DNA of 64,000 bases from Myxococcota bacterium. Its GTDB lineage: Bacteria; Myxococcota_A; UBA796; CAJQPC01. A program made the position numbers and the translations under genes. The notes below the pieces were generated by a model. That model searched no databases, was not told the DNA's origin, and was given only the letters and a program-made list of their open reading frames with translations. The stretch lies in contig DASCPX010000157.1 of NCBI GenBank assembly GCA_036012755.1, positions 10,944 through 74,943 on the forward strand, written 5' to 3'. Below are positions 49,895 through 58,178 of the stretch, piece by piece (the stretch's first letter is position 1; each line of letters begins with the position of its first letter).

Positions 49895-51295
49895 TCAGGC
49901 CGAAGCCGTCACGCCGAGTGGGAAGCGCAGGGTGAACGTGCTCCCTGTGCCCACCTCTGAACGTACCTCTATCGTGCCGTTCATGGCCGTGGTCAGTTGG
50001 TCCACGATGTAGAGGCCGAGTCCCGCACCGCCGGAGCGGCGCGTGTCACCGCGTTCGACCTGGTAGAACTTCTGGAACAGCCGGTCCACGCTGTCTTCCG
50101 GGATGCCTCTACCGGTGTCCTCGATCGCGACCAGGGCGTGTCCGTCCTTCTCCGAGGCGCGGATGGTCACGGTCCCGCCGGGCTCGGTGAACTTCAACGC
50201 GTTTCGCACGAGGTTGCCGAGGATCTGCTGAAGCCGCATCGGGTCGGCCTGCAGCTGGCTCCCGCTTCGGAGTGTGCAGTCCAGTTCGAGCTTGACGCGC
50301 CGCCTGAGCGCCTCGCCGGAGAAGGCAGAGTGGGCGTCCTCGAGCTGTCCCGGGAGGTCCGTGGGCACCACGTCGAGGGCCAGGTTCCCGCCCTCCAACC
50401 TGGTGGCGTCGAGCAGATCCTGCACCATGCGGTAGAGCACGTCGGACTGATCCCGGCTGCGCTGGAGCAGGTCTGCCTGCTTGGGCGTCAGGTCGCCCCC
50501 CTTGCCCATCATCAACAGGCGGATGTAGCCCTGGATCACCGTCAGCGGTGTCTTCAGCTCGTGCGTGACGACCGACAGGAACTCCTGCTTGATGTTGTTG
50601 ATCTCGACAGCCTCCGTGACGTCGCGGATCACGACCACCCATCCACGCGCCAGCGGCTGGGTGCGCAAGACCAGGTGGAGCGGCTCTCCATCGAGGTCGA
50701 AGTCGAGGTTTGCCCGCTTGGACTCCCCCGCGAACAGCGCGCTGTCGACACCGAGGACCTGATCGAGCAACGCGCCCTTGCGCAGCTGACCGAGCCCCGC
50801 CACACCTAGGAGATGCTCCGCTGCGGGATTCCAGCTGTCCACCTGGCGCTCCCCGTCAGCCATCAGGACACCGTCGCTCAGCGCGTCGAGCATCGCCGTG
50901 ACGGTCTCGTTGTGGGTGTCGAGCTCCCCAATGAGGTCCACGAGGCTCCAGCGCATCGTCTCGAGCGACTTGCCCAGGTCAACGAACTCCGCGGCGGCGT
51001 CTGGAATGGGGATTGGTCGATCCAGCTCGCCAGCCGCGACGCGGCGGGCCGCGTTCCCCACCTCCTCGAGAGGTGCGCTGAGGGCCTTCTGGAGTCGAAA
51101 CGCGCTGGCGACGGTCACGACGGTGGAGGCGATCACCCAGCTGACGAGCCCGGCGAGCAGCAGCGTCTTGCTTCCGGCCTCGAGCTCGCCGGTAGCCAGG
51201 ATCAGCACCAGGCCCAGGAGCACGATCCCGTTGAGCGCGGACAACAGCAAGAGCAGGCTGATCTGGAAGCGGATCCCGCGCGTCTTCCGTGCCAT
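49895..51295 (-). CDS. membrane sensor histidine kinase (2 TM, HAMP, PAS-like, HisKA, HATPase)
   Basis: THELKTPL, NLVRNALKF, DTGRGI, FQKFYQV and GAGLGL boxes. Confidence 0.93.
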   Translation of the reverse strand: MARKTRGIRFQISLLLLLSALNGIVLLGLVLILATGELEAGSKTLLLAGLVSWVIASTVVTVASAFRLQKALSAPLEEVGNAARRVAAGELDRPIPIPDAAAEFVDLGKSLETMRWSLVDLIGELDTHNETVTAMLDALSDGVLMADGERQVDSWNPAAEHLLGVAGLGQLRKGALLDQVLGVDSALFAGESKRANLDFDLDGEPLHLVLRTQPLARGWVVVIRDVTEAVEINNIKQEFLSVVTHELKTPLTVIQGYIRLLMMGKGGDLTPKQADLLQRSRDQSDVLYRMVQDLLDATRLEGGNLALDVVPTDLPGQLEDAHSAFSGEALRRRVKLELDCTLRSGSQLQADPMRLQQILGNLVRNALKFTEPGGTVTIRASEKDGHALVAIEDTGRGIPEDSVDRLFQKFYQVERGDTRRSGGAGLGLYIVDQLTTAMNGTIEVRSEVGTGSTFTLRFPLGVTASA

Positions 51296-51391
51296 GCGCG
51301 GATGCTTGCACAACAGCTGCTCGGCAAGGCGGCGGCGGTGTCACCTCGCCGCCCGGCCGGCCTGGAATCGTGAGCGCACCAGGAGGTCCAG

Positions 51392-52594
51392 ATGCGTCGA
51401 TTCCACCCGAGCCTGGCGCTCGCATGTGGCGCCGCCCTCGCGCTCGCCGTCGCCCCCACTCTCGCGCCGGCCGGTCTCGGGCTGAACGATGAGCGCCCCC
51501 CACCGCCCAGGCGCGTGACCGTCGGTGACCTGCGGATCCGAGCCACCCTGGACCACGGGGTGCTGGCCGGCCCAGAGGAGCGCTACCTGGTGGTCGAGGT
51601 CCTCGGCCTCGAGCCAGATGTGCGCGACGCGCTGGACATCGTGTTGGCGATCGATCGCAGCGGCAGCATGTCCGGTGAGCGGCTCAGCGGCGCCAAGACC
51701 GCCGGCGCGATGCTCGCGAGCTCCCTCGCCGGTGATGACCGCATCGGGGTGGTCAGCTTCGGATCCGGGGCCCGTCGGGAGGTCGAGATGACCAATGGCT
51801 ACTCCGTCGTCAGGTCCGAGATCTGGGACATCGAGGCCGGAGGCAACACCGCGCTCTTCTCGGGTCTGCAGATGGCTGGCGGCCTGCTCCCCGATGGACG
51901 AGGTCCGCGTCGGGTCATCCTGCTCTCCGATGGGGCGGCGAACGTCGGCCCGGCCACGCCGGAGGCCCTCGCCGACGAAGCCGCTCGCCTCGCGGAGCTG
52001 GGGATCAGCACCTCGGCCATCGGCCTGGGCACCGGCATCGATCACACCGCGCTCATGGCCATCGCTGACGCGGGCGGAGGCCGCTACCACTACCTCTCTG
52101 ACGACGAGGGACTCGACGCCGCCTTCCTCGACGAGCTGGAGAGGCTCCACACGATCAGCGCGTCGGGGGTCGAGGTCGACCTGGACCTTGGCGAAGGTGT
52201 CGAGATCGTTCAGGTCTACGGCTACGAGGAGTTCGATGGCAGGGCCACGCGCGCCGGGTGGAGTGCGCGCATCGGCGACGTCAGCTCCGGCGAGACCCGC
52301 AAGATCGTCGCTCGCGTCCGAGTCTCTGCGGAGGCCACGGAGAGCATCGCGAAGGTGCGGGTGCGCTGGCACGACGGCGAGTCCCAGGCGGTCTGGCTCC
52401 CGGTCAGAGCCCAGCGTGGAGACGAGGAGGAGGCTGCTGGTTCGGTCGTCGGATGGGCGGTCAGTCACCGTGACCGGGCCCTCGCAGGCCTGGAGATGAT
52501 GGCCAGGAGCGAGGTGCTCCGCTTTGGAGCCGATCAGCAGGAGCTCGACCTCGCGAATCGCCAGACCCTGGAGGCCCTCGGCTACCTCGAGTGA
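51392..52594 (+). CDS. exported VWA domain protein (YfbK-like)
   Basis: Signal peptide; AIDRSGSM MIDAS, GGNTAL..GL, ILLSDGAAN.G and IADAGGGRY motifs. Confidence 0.85.
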   Translation: MRRFHPSLALACGAALALAVAPTLAPAGLGLNDERPPPPRRVTVGDLRIRATLDHGVLAGPEERYLVVEVLGLEPDVRDALDIVLAIDRSGSMSGERLSGAKTAGAMLASSLAGDDRIGVVSFGSGARREVEMTNGYSVVRSEIWDIEAGGNTALFSGLQMAGGLLPDGRGPRRVILLSDGAANVGPATPEALADEAARLAELGISTSAIGLGTGIDHTALMAIADAGGGRYHYLSDDEGLDAAFLDELERLHTISASGVEVDLDLGEGVEIVQVYGYEEFDGRATRAGWSARIGDVSSGETRKIVARVRVSAEATESIAKVRVRWHDGESQAVWLPVRAQRGDEEEAAGSVVGWAVSHRDRALAGLEMMARSEVLRFGADQQELDLANRQTLEALGYLE

Positions 52595-52667
52595 CGACCA
52601 GGACAGCCTTCGGGTCTCGTCCTACGGCAACGCGATAGGATGTGCGGCCCCCAATCGAGGCAGCCCT

Positions 52668-53525
52668 GTGCCGGATCCGAAGGAGATGGACGCCCTCGTC
52701 GAGGCCATCGCGGCCCGCGTCAGAGAGCGCATGCAGCAACAGACAGTGCCCCCGCTGCCGGTCCTTCGCGGGACCTGGCAGGACGAGTCGGCCCTGAAGC
52801 AGTGGACCAGGAGGGTCGTCGATCGGCTCGGCAGCAACGGCACGGTCGAGGGGGAGCCCAAGCCCGAGCTCGCGCGGATGATCGACCACACGATGCTCAA
52901 GCCCGACGCTACGCGGGCGGACATCGAGCGCGTCTGCCGCGAGGCCGCCGAGTACGGCTTCGCCTCCGTCTGCATCAACACGACCTGGCTCCCGCTCGCC
53001 GTACAGATGCTGCGTGGGACCCGGGTCATGCCGATCTGTGTCGTTGGCTTCCCGCTCGGGGCGGCCGTGACGAACGCCAAGGCCGCCGAGACCAGGGAGG
53101 CCGTGAAGCTGGGCGCCGCCGAGATCGACATGGTCATCAACATCGGCGCCCTGAAGTCTGGCAACCACGACCTCGTGCTCCAGGACATCAAGGCGGTGGT
53201 CGCGGCGGCCCAGGGTCGACCGGTGAAGGTCATCCTCGAGACGAAGATGCTCAGCCGCGAAGAGAAGATCGCCGGTTGCGCGCTGACGAAGGCCGCCGGT
53301 GCAGCGTTCGTGAAGACCTCGACCGGCTTCGGCGGGGGCGGCGCCACGGCCGAGGACGTCGCCCTCATGCGCCAGGTCGTCGGCCCCGACATGGGCGTGA
53401 AGGCCTCTGGCGGTGTGCGGAGCGCGGCCGATGCGCAGGACATGATCCGCGCGGGAGCGACCCGGCTGGGGGCCTCGGCCTCCATCGCTATCGTGACGGG
53501 CGGGACGGGCAAGGGCGCCTACTGA
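52668..53525 (+). CDS. deoC: deoxyribose-phosphate aldolase with N-terminal extension
   Basis: IDHTMLKP, VGFPLG, EIDMV, VKVILET, FVKTSTGF and VKASGGVR motifs. Start is GTG 52668 or ATG 52686. Confidence 0.95.
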   Translation: MPDPKEMDALVEAIAARVRERMQQQTVPPLPVLRGTWQDESALKQWTRRVVDRLGSNGTVEGEPKPELARMIDHTMLKPDATRADIERVCREAAEYGFASVCINTTWLPLAVQMLRGTRVMPICVVGFPLGAAVTNAKAAETREAVKLGAAEIDMVINIGALKSGNHDLVLQDIKAVVAAAQGRPVKVILETKMLSREEKIAGCALTKAAGAAFVKTSTGFGGGGATAEDVALMRQVVGPDMGVKASGGVRSAADAQDMIRAGATRLGASASIAIVTGGTGKGAY

Positions 53526-54679
53526 TGCGATGCACGCTGATCGTGCTCGACAGCGTCGGGGTCGGGGCGATGCCCGACGCAGAGGCCTGGGGAGACGCCG
53601 GCAGCGACACGCTCGGCCACGTCGCCGAGGCTGTCGGGGGTTTGTCGCTGCCGAACCTGGAGCGGCTCGGGCTGGGGAACATCCGGGCTGTCCAGGGTCT
53701 GACGCCAGCTCGCCAGCCTGCGGCCGGCTACGGCAAGGCGGCCATCGCCAGCGCGGGAAAGGACACGATCTCCGGCCACTGGGAGATGGCCGGCGTGCCC
53801 GTGCTGGAGCGCTTCAAGGAGTACCCGGAGGGCTTTCCAGCGGAGATCATCGAGCCCTTCATCGCCGAGATCGGCCGAGGCATCCTGGGGAACTACAGCG
53901 CCAGCGGCACGGTGATCATCGAGGAGCTCGGCGCCGAGCACGTCGCCTCCGGCGAGCCCATCGTCTACACCTCGGGCGACAGCGTGTTCCAGGTCGCCGC
54001 GCACGAGGACGTCGTCGACATCGACACACTCTACGACTGGTGCGAGGACGCCTACCGCATCGTCAGCCCCTTCGGTGTGGCGCGGGTCATCGCCCGTCCC
54101 TTCGTCGGCGAGCCCGGCGCCTTCGTCCGCACCGGCAACCGACGGGACTTCGCGCGACGTCCACCCGACCAGACGGTCGTGGACAACCTGAAGGCTGCTG
54201 GCTGGATCACGACGAGCGTCGGCAAGGTCAAGAGCATCTTTGGAGATCGCGGCTTCACGAAGTCCCTCAAGGCCTCCGACAACGAGGGGGTCACCCGCGC
54301 CACGCTGGACGTGCTCGACACTCAGCACAGGGGACTGGTGTTCGCCAACCTCGTGGACTTCGACATGCTCTATGGTCACCGCCGGGACCCGGAGGGCTAC
54401 GCAGGGGCGCTGACGGCCTTCGACAAGCGCGTCCCCCACATCCTCGACCGCATGGGGCGTCGGGACCTGCTCATCTTCACGGCGGACCACGGCTGCGACC
54501 CCACACACACCGGGACGGACCACACGCGCGAGTACGTGCCCATCCTGGCCTGGCACCGCGACGGCAACGGCAACGACATCGGCACGCGGTCCACGATGGC
54601 CGACATCGCAGCCACCATCGCGGACTGGTTCGAGGTCCCGGCGACCGCGACCGGTGAGAGCTTCCTGGGGCGCCTGTGA
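53525..54679 (+). CDS. deoB: phosphopentomutase
   Basis: IVLDSVGVG, GKDTISGHWE, YTSGDSVFQVAAHE, RVIARPF, NLVDFD..YGHRRD and TADHGCDP motifs. Confidence 0.95.
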   Translation: MRCTLIVLDSVGVGAMPDAEAWGDAGSDTLGHVAEAVGGLSLPNLERLGLGNIRAVQGLTPARQPAAGYGKAAIASAGKDTISGHWEMAGVPVLERFKEYPEGFPAEIIEPFIAEIGRGILGNYSASGTVIIEELGAEHVASGEPIVYTSGDSVFQVAAHEDVVDIDTLYDWCEDAYRIVSPFGVARVIARPFVGEPGAFVRTGNRRDFARRPPDQTVVDNLKAAGWITTSVGKVKSIFGDRGFTKSLKASDNEGVTRATLDVLDTQHRGLVFANLVDFDMLYGHRRDPEGYAGALTAFDKRVPHILDRMGRRDLLIFTADHGCDPTHTGTDHTREYVPILAWHRDGNGNDIGTRSTMADIAATIADWFEVPATATGESFLGRL

Positions 54680-55881
54680 ACATCCAAGCGCTGCTGCAGG
54701 ACAAGAAGCAGGGTCGCGAGCACTCCGATCAGGAGATCGAGGACTTCGTGACGGCGGTCGTGGAGGGCTCCGCCACCCGGGCGCAGATCGCGGCGTGGCT
54801 GGCCTTCGTCTGCTGCAACGGCATGAAGGACGGGGAGACCGTGGCGCTCACCCGCGCGATGACGACCTCTGGCTCCCGGCTGAGCTGGCCGGGCATCACT
54901 GGCCCCTTCGTCGACAAGCACTCCACCGGCGGGGTGGGGGACAAGATCAGCCTCGTGCTGGCCCCGCTGTGGGCTGCCATGGGCTTCAAGGTCCCCATGA
55001 TCTCCGGGCGCGGCCTCGGCATCACCGGCGGGACCCTCGACAAGCTGGAGTCCATCGCCGGCTTCCGGACAGACCTCGACCAGCACCAGCTGCGCAGCAC
55101 GCTGAGTGAAGCCGGGTGCTTCATCTCAGGCCAGACCGGCACCCTCTGTCCAGCCGATCGCATCCTCTACGGACTCCGGGACGAGACCTGCACGGTGGCC
55201 TCCGTGCCCTTGATCACGGCGTCGATCCTGTCGAAGAAACTGGCCGAGGGGCTCGACCGCCTCGTGCTCGACGTGAAGGCTGGAAACGGGGCCTTCATGA
55301 AGACCCGCACAAAGGCCCGCAAGCTGGCCGACAGCCTCGTGCGAGTCGGCCGTGGCGCCGGCTTGGACACCTCTGCGCACATCACGGACATGAGCCAGCC
55401 CCTGGGCGAGGCCGTGGGCAACGCGCTGGAGGTCGCCGAGGCCGTGGACTGTCTCAAGGGCGGTGGACCGCGCGCGGTCGTCGACCTCGTCTGCACCCTC
55501 TCGGGAGACGAGGACGCCGCCCGAGCCGTGCTGGCCAGCGGCGAGGCCTACGAGGTTTTCGCTCGCATGGTCCGCTGCCAGGGAGGGGACCTGGAGGCAC
55601 CGTCGAGGGGAGGAGGTTGCGACATCGAGGTGTTCGCCGCCCCGCGCAGTGGGTGCGTCGAGCGCTGCGACGCGATCGGCGTCGGGCAGGCTGCCTTCGT
55701 CCTCGGCGCGGGCCGGGTGAAGGCCAGCGATCCGGTCCATCACGGCGTCGGCCTGGTCGTGCACGCTCACCGAGGCGTGCTCGTCGAGGAGGGCCAGCCC
55801 CTGGCCACCCTCCACCATGCCGCTGGACGCGGCCTCGACGAAGCGCTGGTCGCCCTGAGCTCTGCGTTCGAGCTGTCGTGA
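54676..55881 (+). CDS. deoA: thymidine/pyrimidine-nucleoside phosphorylase
   Basis: DKHSTGGVGDK, SGRGLG.TGGTLDKLESI, LITASILSKK and DVKAGNGAFMK motifs. Confidence 0.92.
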   Translation: MNIQALLQDKKQGREHSDQEIEDFVTAVVEGSATRAQIAAWLAFVCCNGMKDGETVALTRAMTTSGSRLSWPGITGPFVDKHSTGGVGDKISLVLAPLWAAMGFKVPMISGRGLGITGGTLDKLESIAGFRTDLDQHQLRSTLSEAGCFISGQTGTLCPADRILYGLRDETCTVASVPLITASILSKKLAEGLDRLVLDVKAGNGAFMKTRTKARKLADSLVRVGRGAGLDTSAHITDMSQPLGEAVGNALEVAEAVDCLKGGGPRAVVDLVCTLSGDEDAARAVLASGEAYEVFARMVRCQGGDLEAPSRGGGCDIEVFAAPRSGCVERCDAIGVGQAAFVLGAGRVKASDPVHHGVGLVVHAHRGVLVEEGQPLATLHHAAGRGLDEALVALSSAFELS

Positions 55882-57227
55882 GCCACTTGAGCCTGGCGCT
55901 CCTGGAGCCGGCGCTCGCCGCCAACTTCATCGAGCGGGAGACCACCTTGATGGACCGGGGGCTGTCGCTCCTCGGCATCGTCGTGATGATCGCCATCGCC
56001 TGGGCGCTGTCAGAGGCTCGAAGGGACGTCAAGTGGCGCCCCGTCGCCTGGGGCGTCGCCCTCCAGCTGCTGTTCGGGTTCATCGTCCTGATGCCGGCGC
56101 TGCAGGACTTCTTCTTCGTGGTGGTCGACAACGGCGTCCACAAGCTGCTGTCGTTCTCGGAGGCTGGCGCGGAGTTCGTCTTCCAGAGCATCGAGCCCCA
56201 CCAGATCCTGCAGGACGGCCAGGAGGTCACGTTCAGGGGGCGCATCAGCCCGCCGGTGAAGACCTTCGCCTTCTGGATCCTCCCCACCATCGTGTTCTTC
56301 AGCGCCCTGATGAGCGTGCTGTACCACCTCGGCATCATGCAGCCGCTGGTCAAGGGCATCGCCTGGCTCATGCAGCGCACGATGGGCACCAGCGGCGCCG
56401 AGTCCCTCGCCGCGGCCAGCAACGTCTTCGTCGGCCAGACCGAGGCTCCCCTGGTCGTCCGGCCCTATGTGGACAGCATGACGCGCTCGGAGCTGCACGC
56501 GCTGATGTGCGGGGGCTTCGCGACCGTCGCGGGGGGCGTCATGGCTGCCTACGTCGGCTTCCTCGACTCCATCCCTGGCATCGCCGGCCACCTGGTGACG
56601 GCCTCCATCATGTCGGCGCCGGCGGCGCTGGCCGTGTCCAAGGTCATGGTCCCCGAGCTCCATGTCCCGCGCACGATGGGCTCGGTTCCGATGCTCCCCC
56701 GGACCCAGGGAAACGTCCTCGAGGCATGCGCCAACGGCGCCGCGGACGGCATGAAGCTCGCCCTGAACGTCGCGGCGATGCTCATCGCCTTCGTCGGCAT
56801 GGTCGCCATGGTCGACTGGGTGCTCAGCTGGATCATCGTCGGTGGGGACCCGCTGTCCATGTCCCGGATGCTCGGGTGGCTCTTCACTCCCATCGCGCTC
56901 GCCATGGGGGTGCCCTGGGAGGAGGCCCCGATCGTGGGGATGCTGCTCGGCGAGAAGATCGTGCTCACCGAGTTCATCGCCTACATCCACCTCGGCGAGA
57001 TCGTGAACTCCGAGGTCCCGATGCTCTCCGAGCGCTCGGCCATCATCGCCAGCTATGGGCTCTGCGGCTTCGCGAACTTCGCCAGCATCGGCATCCAGCT
57101 CGGGGGCATCGGAGGCATCGCCCCTGCGCGCATGAAGGACCTGGCTTCGCTGGCCCTCCGAGCGATGATCGCCGGAAGCCTCGCCGCGTTCATGACAGGC
57201 ACCGTCGCCGGCGTCATCCTCGGCTAG
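55878..57227 (+). CDS. nupC: NupC/CNT nucleoside:cation symporter
   Basis: LPTIVFFSAL, ESL.AASNVFVGQTEAP, GFATVAGGV and LCGFANFASIGIQLGG motifs. Confidence 0.93.
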   Translation: MSHLSLALLEPALAANFIERETTLMDRGLSLLGIVVMIAIAWALSEARRDVKWRPVAWGVALQLLFGFIVLMPALQDFFFVVVDNGVHKLLSFSEAGAEFVFQSIEPHQILQDGQEVTFRGRISPPVKTFAFWILPTIVFFSALMSVLYHLGIMQPLVKGIAWLMQRTMGTSGAESLAAASNVFVGQTEAPLVVRPYVDSMTRSELHALMCGGFATVAGGVMAAYVGFLDSIPGIAGHLVTASIMSAPAALAVSKVMVPELHVPRTMGSVPMLPRTQGNVLEACANGAADGMKLALNVAAMLIAFVGMVAMVDWVLSWIIVGGDPLSMSRMLGWLFTPIALAMGVPWEEAPIVGMLLGEKIVLTEFIAYIHLGEIVNSEVPMLSERSAIIASYGLCGFANFASIGIQLGGIGGIAPARMKDLASLALRAMIAGSLAAFMTGTVAGVILG

Positions 57228-57248
57228 AGCACCTGATTGGTGCTCTAG
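57224..57248. terminator. perfect 10-bp inverted repeat between convergent genes
   Basis: CTAGAGCACC-TGATT-GGTGCTCTAG contains both TAG stop codons; no U tract. Confidence 0.5.
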
Positions 57249-57472
57249 AAGCCGGTGCGCCCTTCGTTCGCGTCGGCGACCAGCTGGGGCATGAAGAAGG
57301 CGTCGATCAGCGTTCCGATGCCGCACAGACCGCCGGTGAAGAACCAGAGGAGCCCGCTCCCGATGCGCCCGACGTAGATTCGATGCAGGCCAGCGACGCC
57401 GAACCAGCCGGCGATCCAGAACAGGTAGGCCCAGCCGACATCTTTCTTTGTAGTGACGAGGGGGTTCTCCAC
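57245..57472 (-). CDS. TM2 domain protein
   Basis: KDVGWAYLFW...GLHRIYVG..GSGLLWFFTGGLCGIG.LID signature; probable GTG start at 57472. Confidence 0.85.
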   Translation of the reverse strand: MENPLVTTKKDVGWAYLFWIAGWFGVAGLHRIYVGRIGSGLLWFFTGGLCGIGTLIDAFFMPQLVADANEGRTGF

Positions 57473-57528
57473 AGGGTCCTCCAGTGCGCACGGGGTGTAC
57501 GACGGCACGGAGGGGTTATTTCCGCGCC

Positions 57529-58053
57529 ATGCTGGAACCCTTCCTCGAACACCACCCCAAGCTGAACGAGGGCGCGTGGGTCCATGGCGCCGCCACGGTG
57601 ATCGGGGAGGTCGAACTCGGCCGTCGTGTCAGCGTCTGGCCCGGCGCGGTCTTGCGCGGCGACATGGGACGCATCGTCATCGGCGACGACTCGAACATCC
57701 AGGACCACTGTGTCGTCCACATGACCTCCGGTCTCAGCGTCACCACCGTCGGGGAACGAGTCACGGTCGGCCACAGGGCCCTCCTCCACGGCTGCGAGGT
57801 CGGCAGCGACTGCCTCATCGGCATGGGCGCGATCCTGCTGGACAACTGCGTGATTCCGGAGGGGTCGATGGTCGGGGCGGGTAGCCTCGTGACTGGCGGC
57901 AAGACCTTCCCCAGCGGCCACCTCATCCTCGGGGCCCCAGCCAGGGCGGTTCGCGAGCTGACAGCAGACGACCGCGAGTGGATTGCCTACTCGTGGAAGC
58001 ACTATCTCGACACCATGCGTCACTACCGGGACCGCAGCGACACCAACACTTGA
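57529..58053 (+). CDS. gamma-class carbonic anhydrase family (YrdA-like LbH) protein
   Basis: GAVLRGD, NIQD..VVH, TVGH.ALLHGC, IGMGA and GAPARAVREL motifs. Confidence 0.92.
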   Translation: MLEPFLEHHPKLNEGAWVHGAATVIGEVELGRRVSVWPGAVLRGDMGRIVIGDDSNIQDHCVVHMTSGLSVTTVGERVTVGHRALLHGCEVGSDCLIGMGAILLDNCVIPEGSMVGAGSLVTGGKTFPSGHLILGAPARAVRELTADDREWIAYSWKHYLDTMRHYRDRSDTNT

Positions 58054-58068
58054 CGCGTCAAGTGTTGG
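58043..58068. repeat. perfect 26-bp palindrome upstream of smc
   Basis: CCAACACTTGACG|CGTCAAGTGTTGG with no spacer. Confidence 0.9.
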
Positions 58069-58178
58069 AGATCGCAGGAGATCCTTGAATGGCGTGGTAG
58101 CCTCGGAGTCGCTACCAAGCCTCTTCGCGGCGTCTTCCCAGGCGCCCGCCGTCGTCCTCCTCCCAGGCATCCCCGCCG

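Noticed and set aside
58043..58068. parS or dif site near smc
   Set aside because: No match to the parS or XerC/XerD dif consensus; kept only as an unexplained palindrome.
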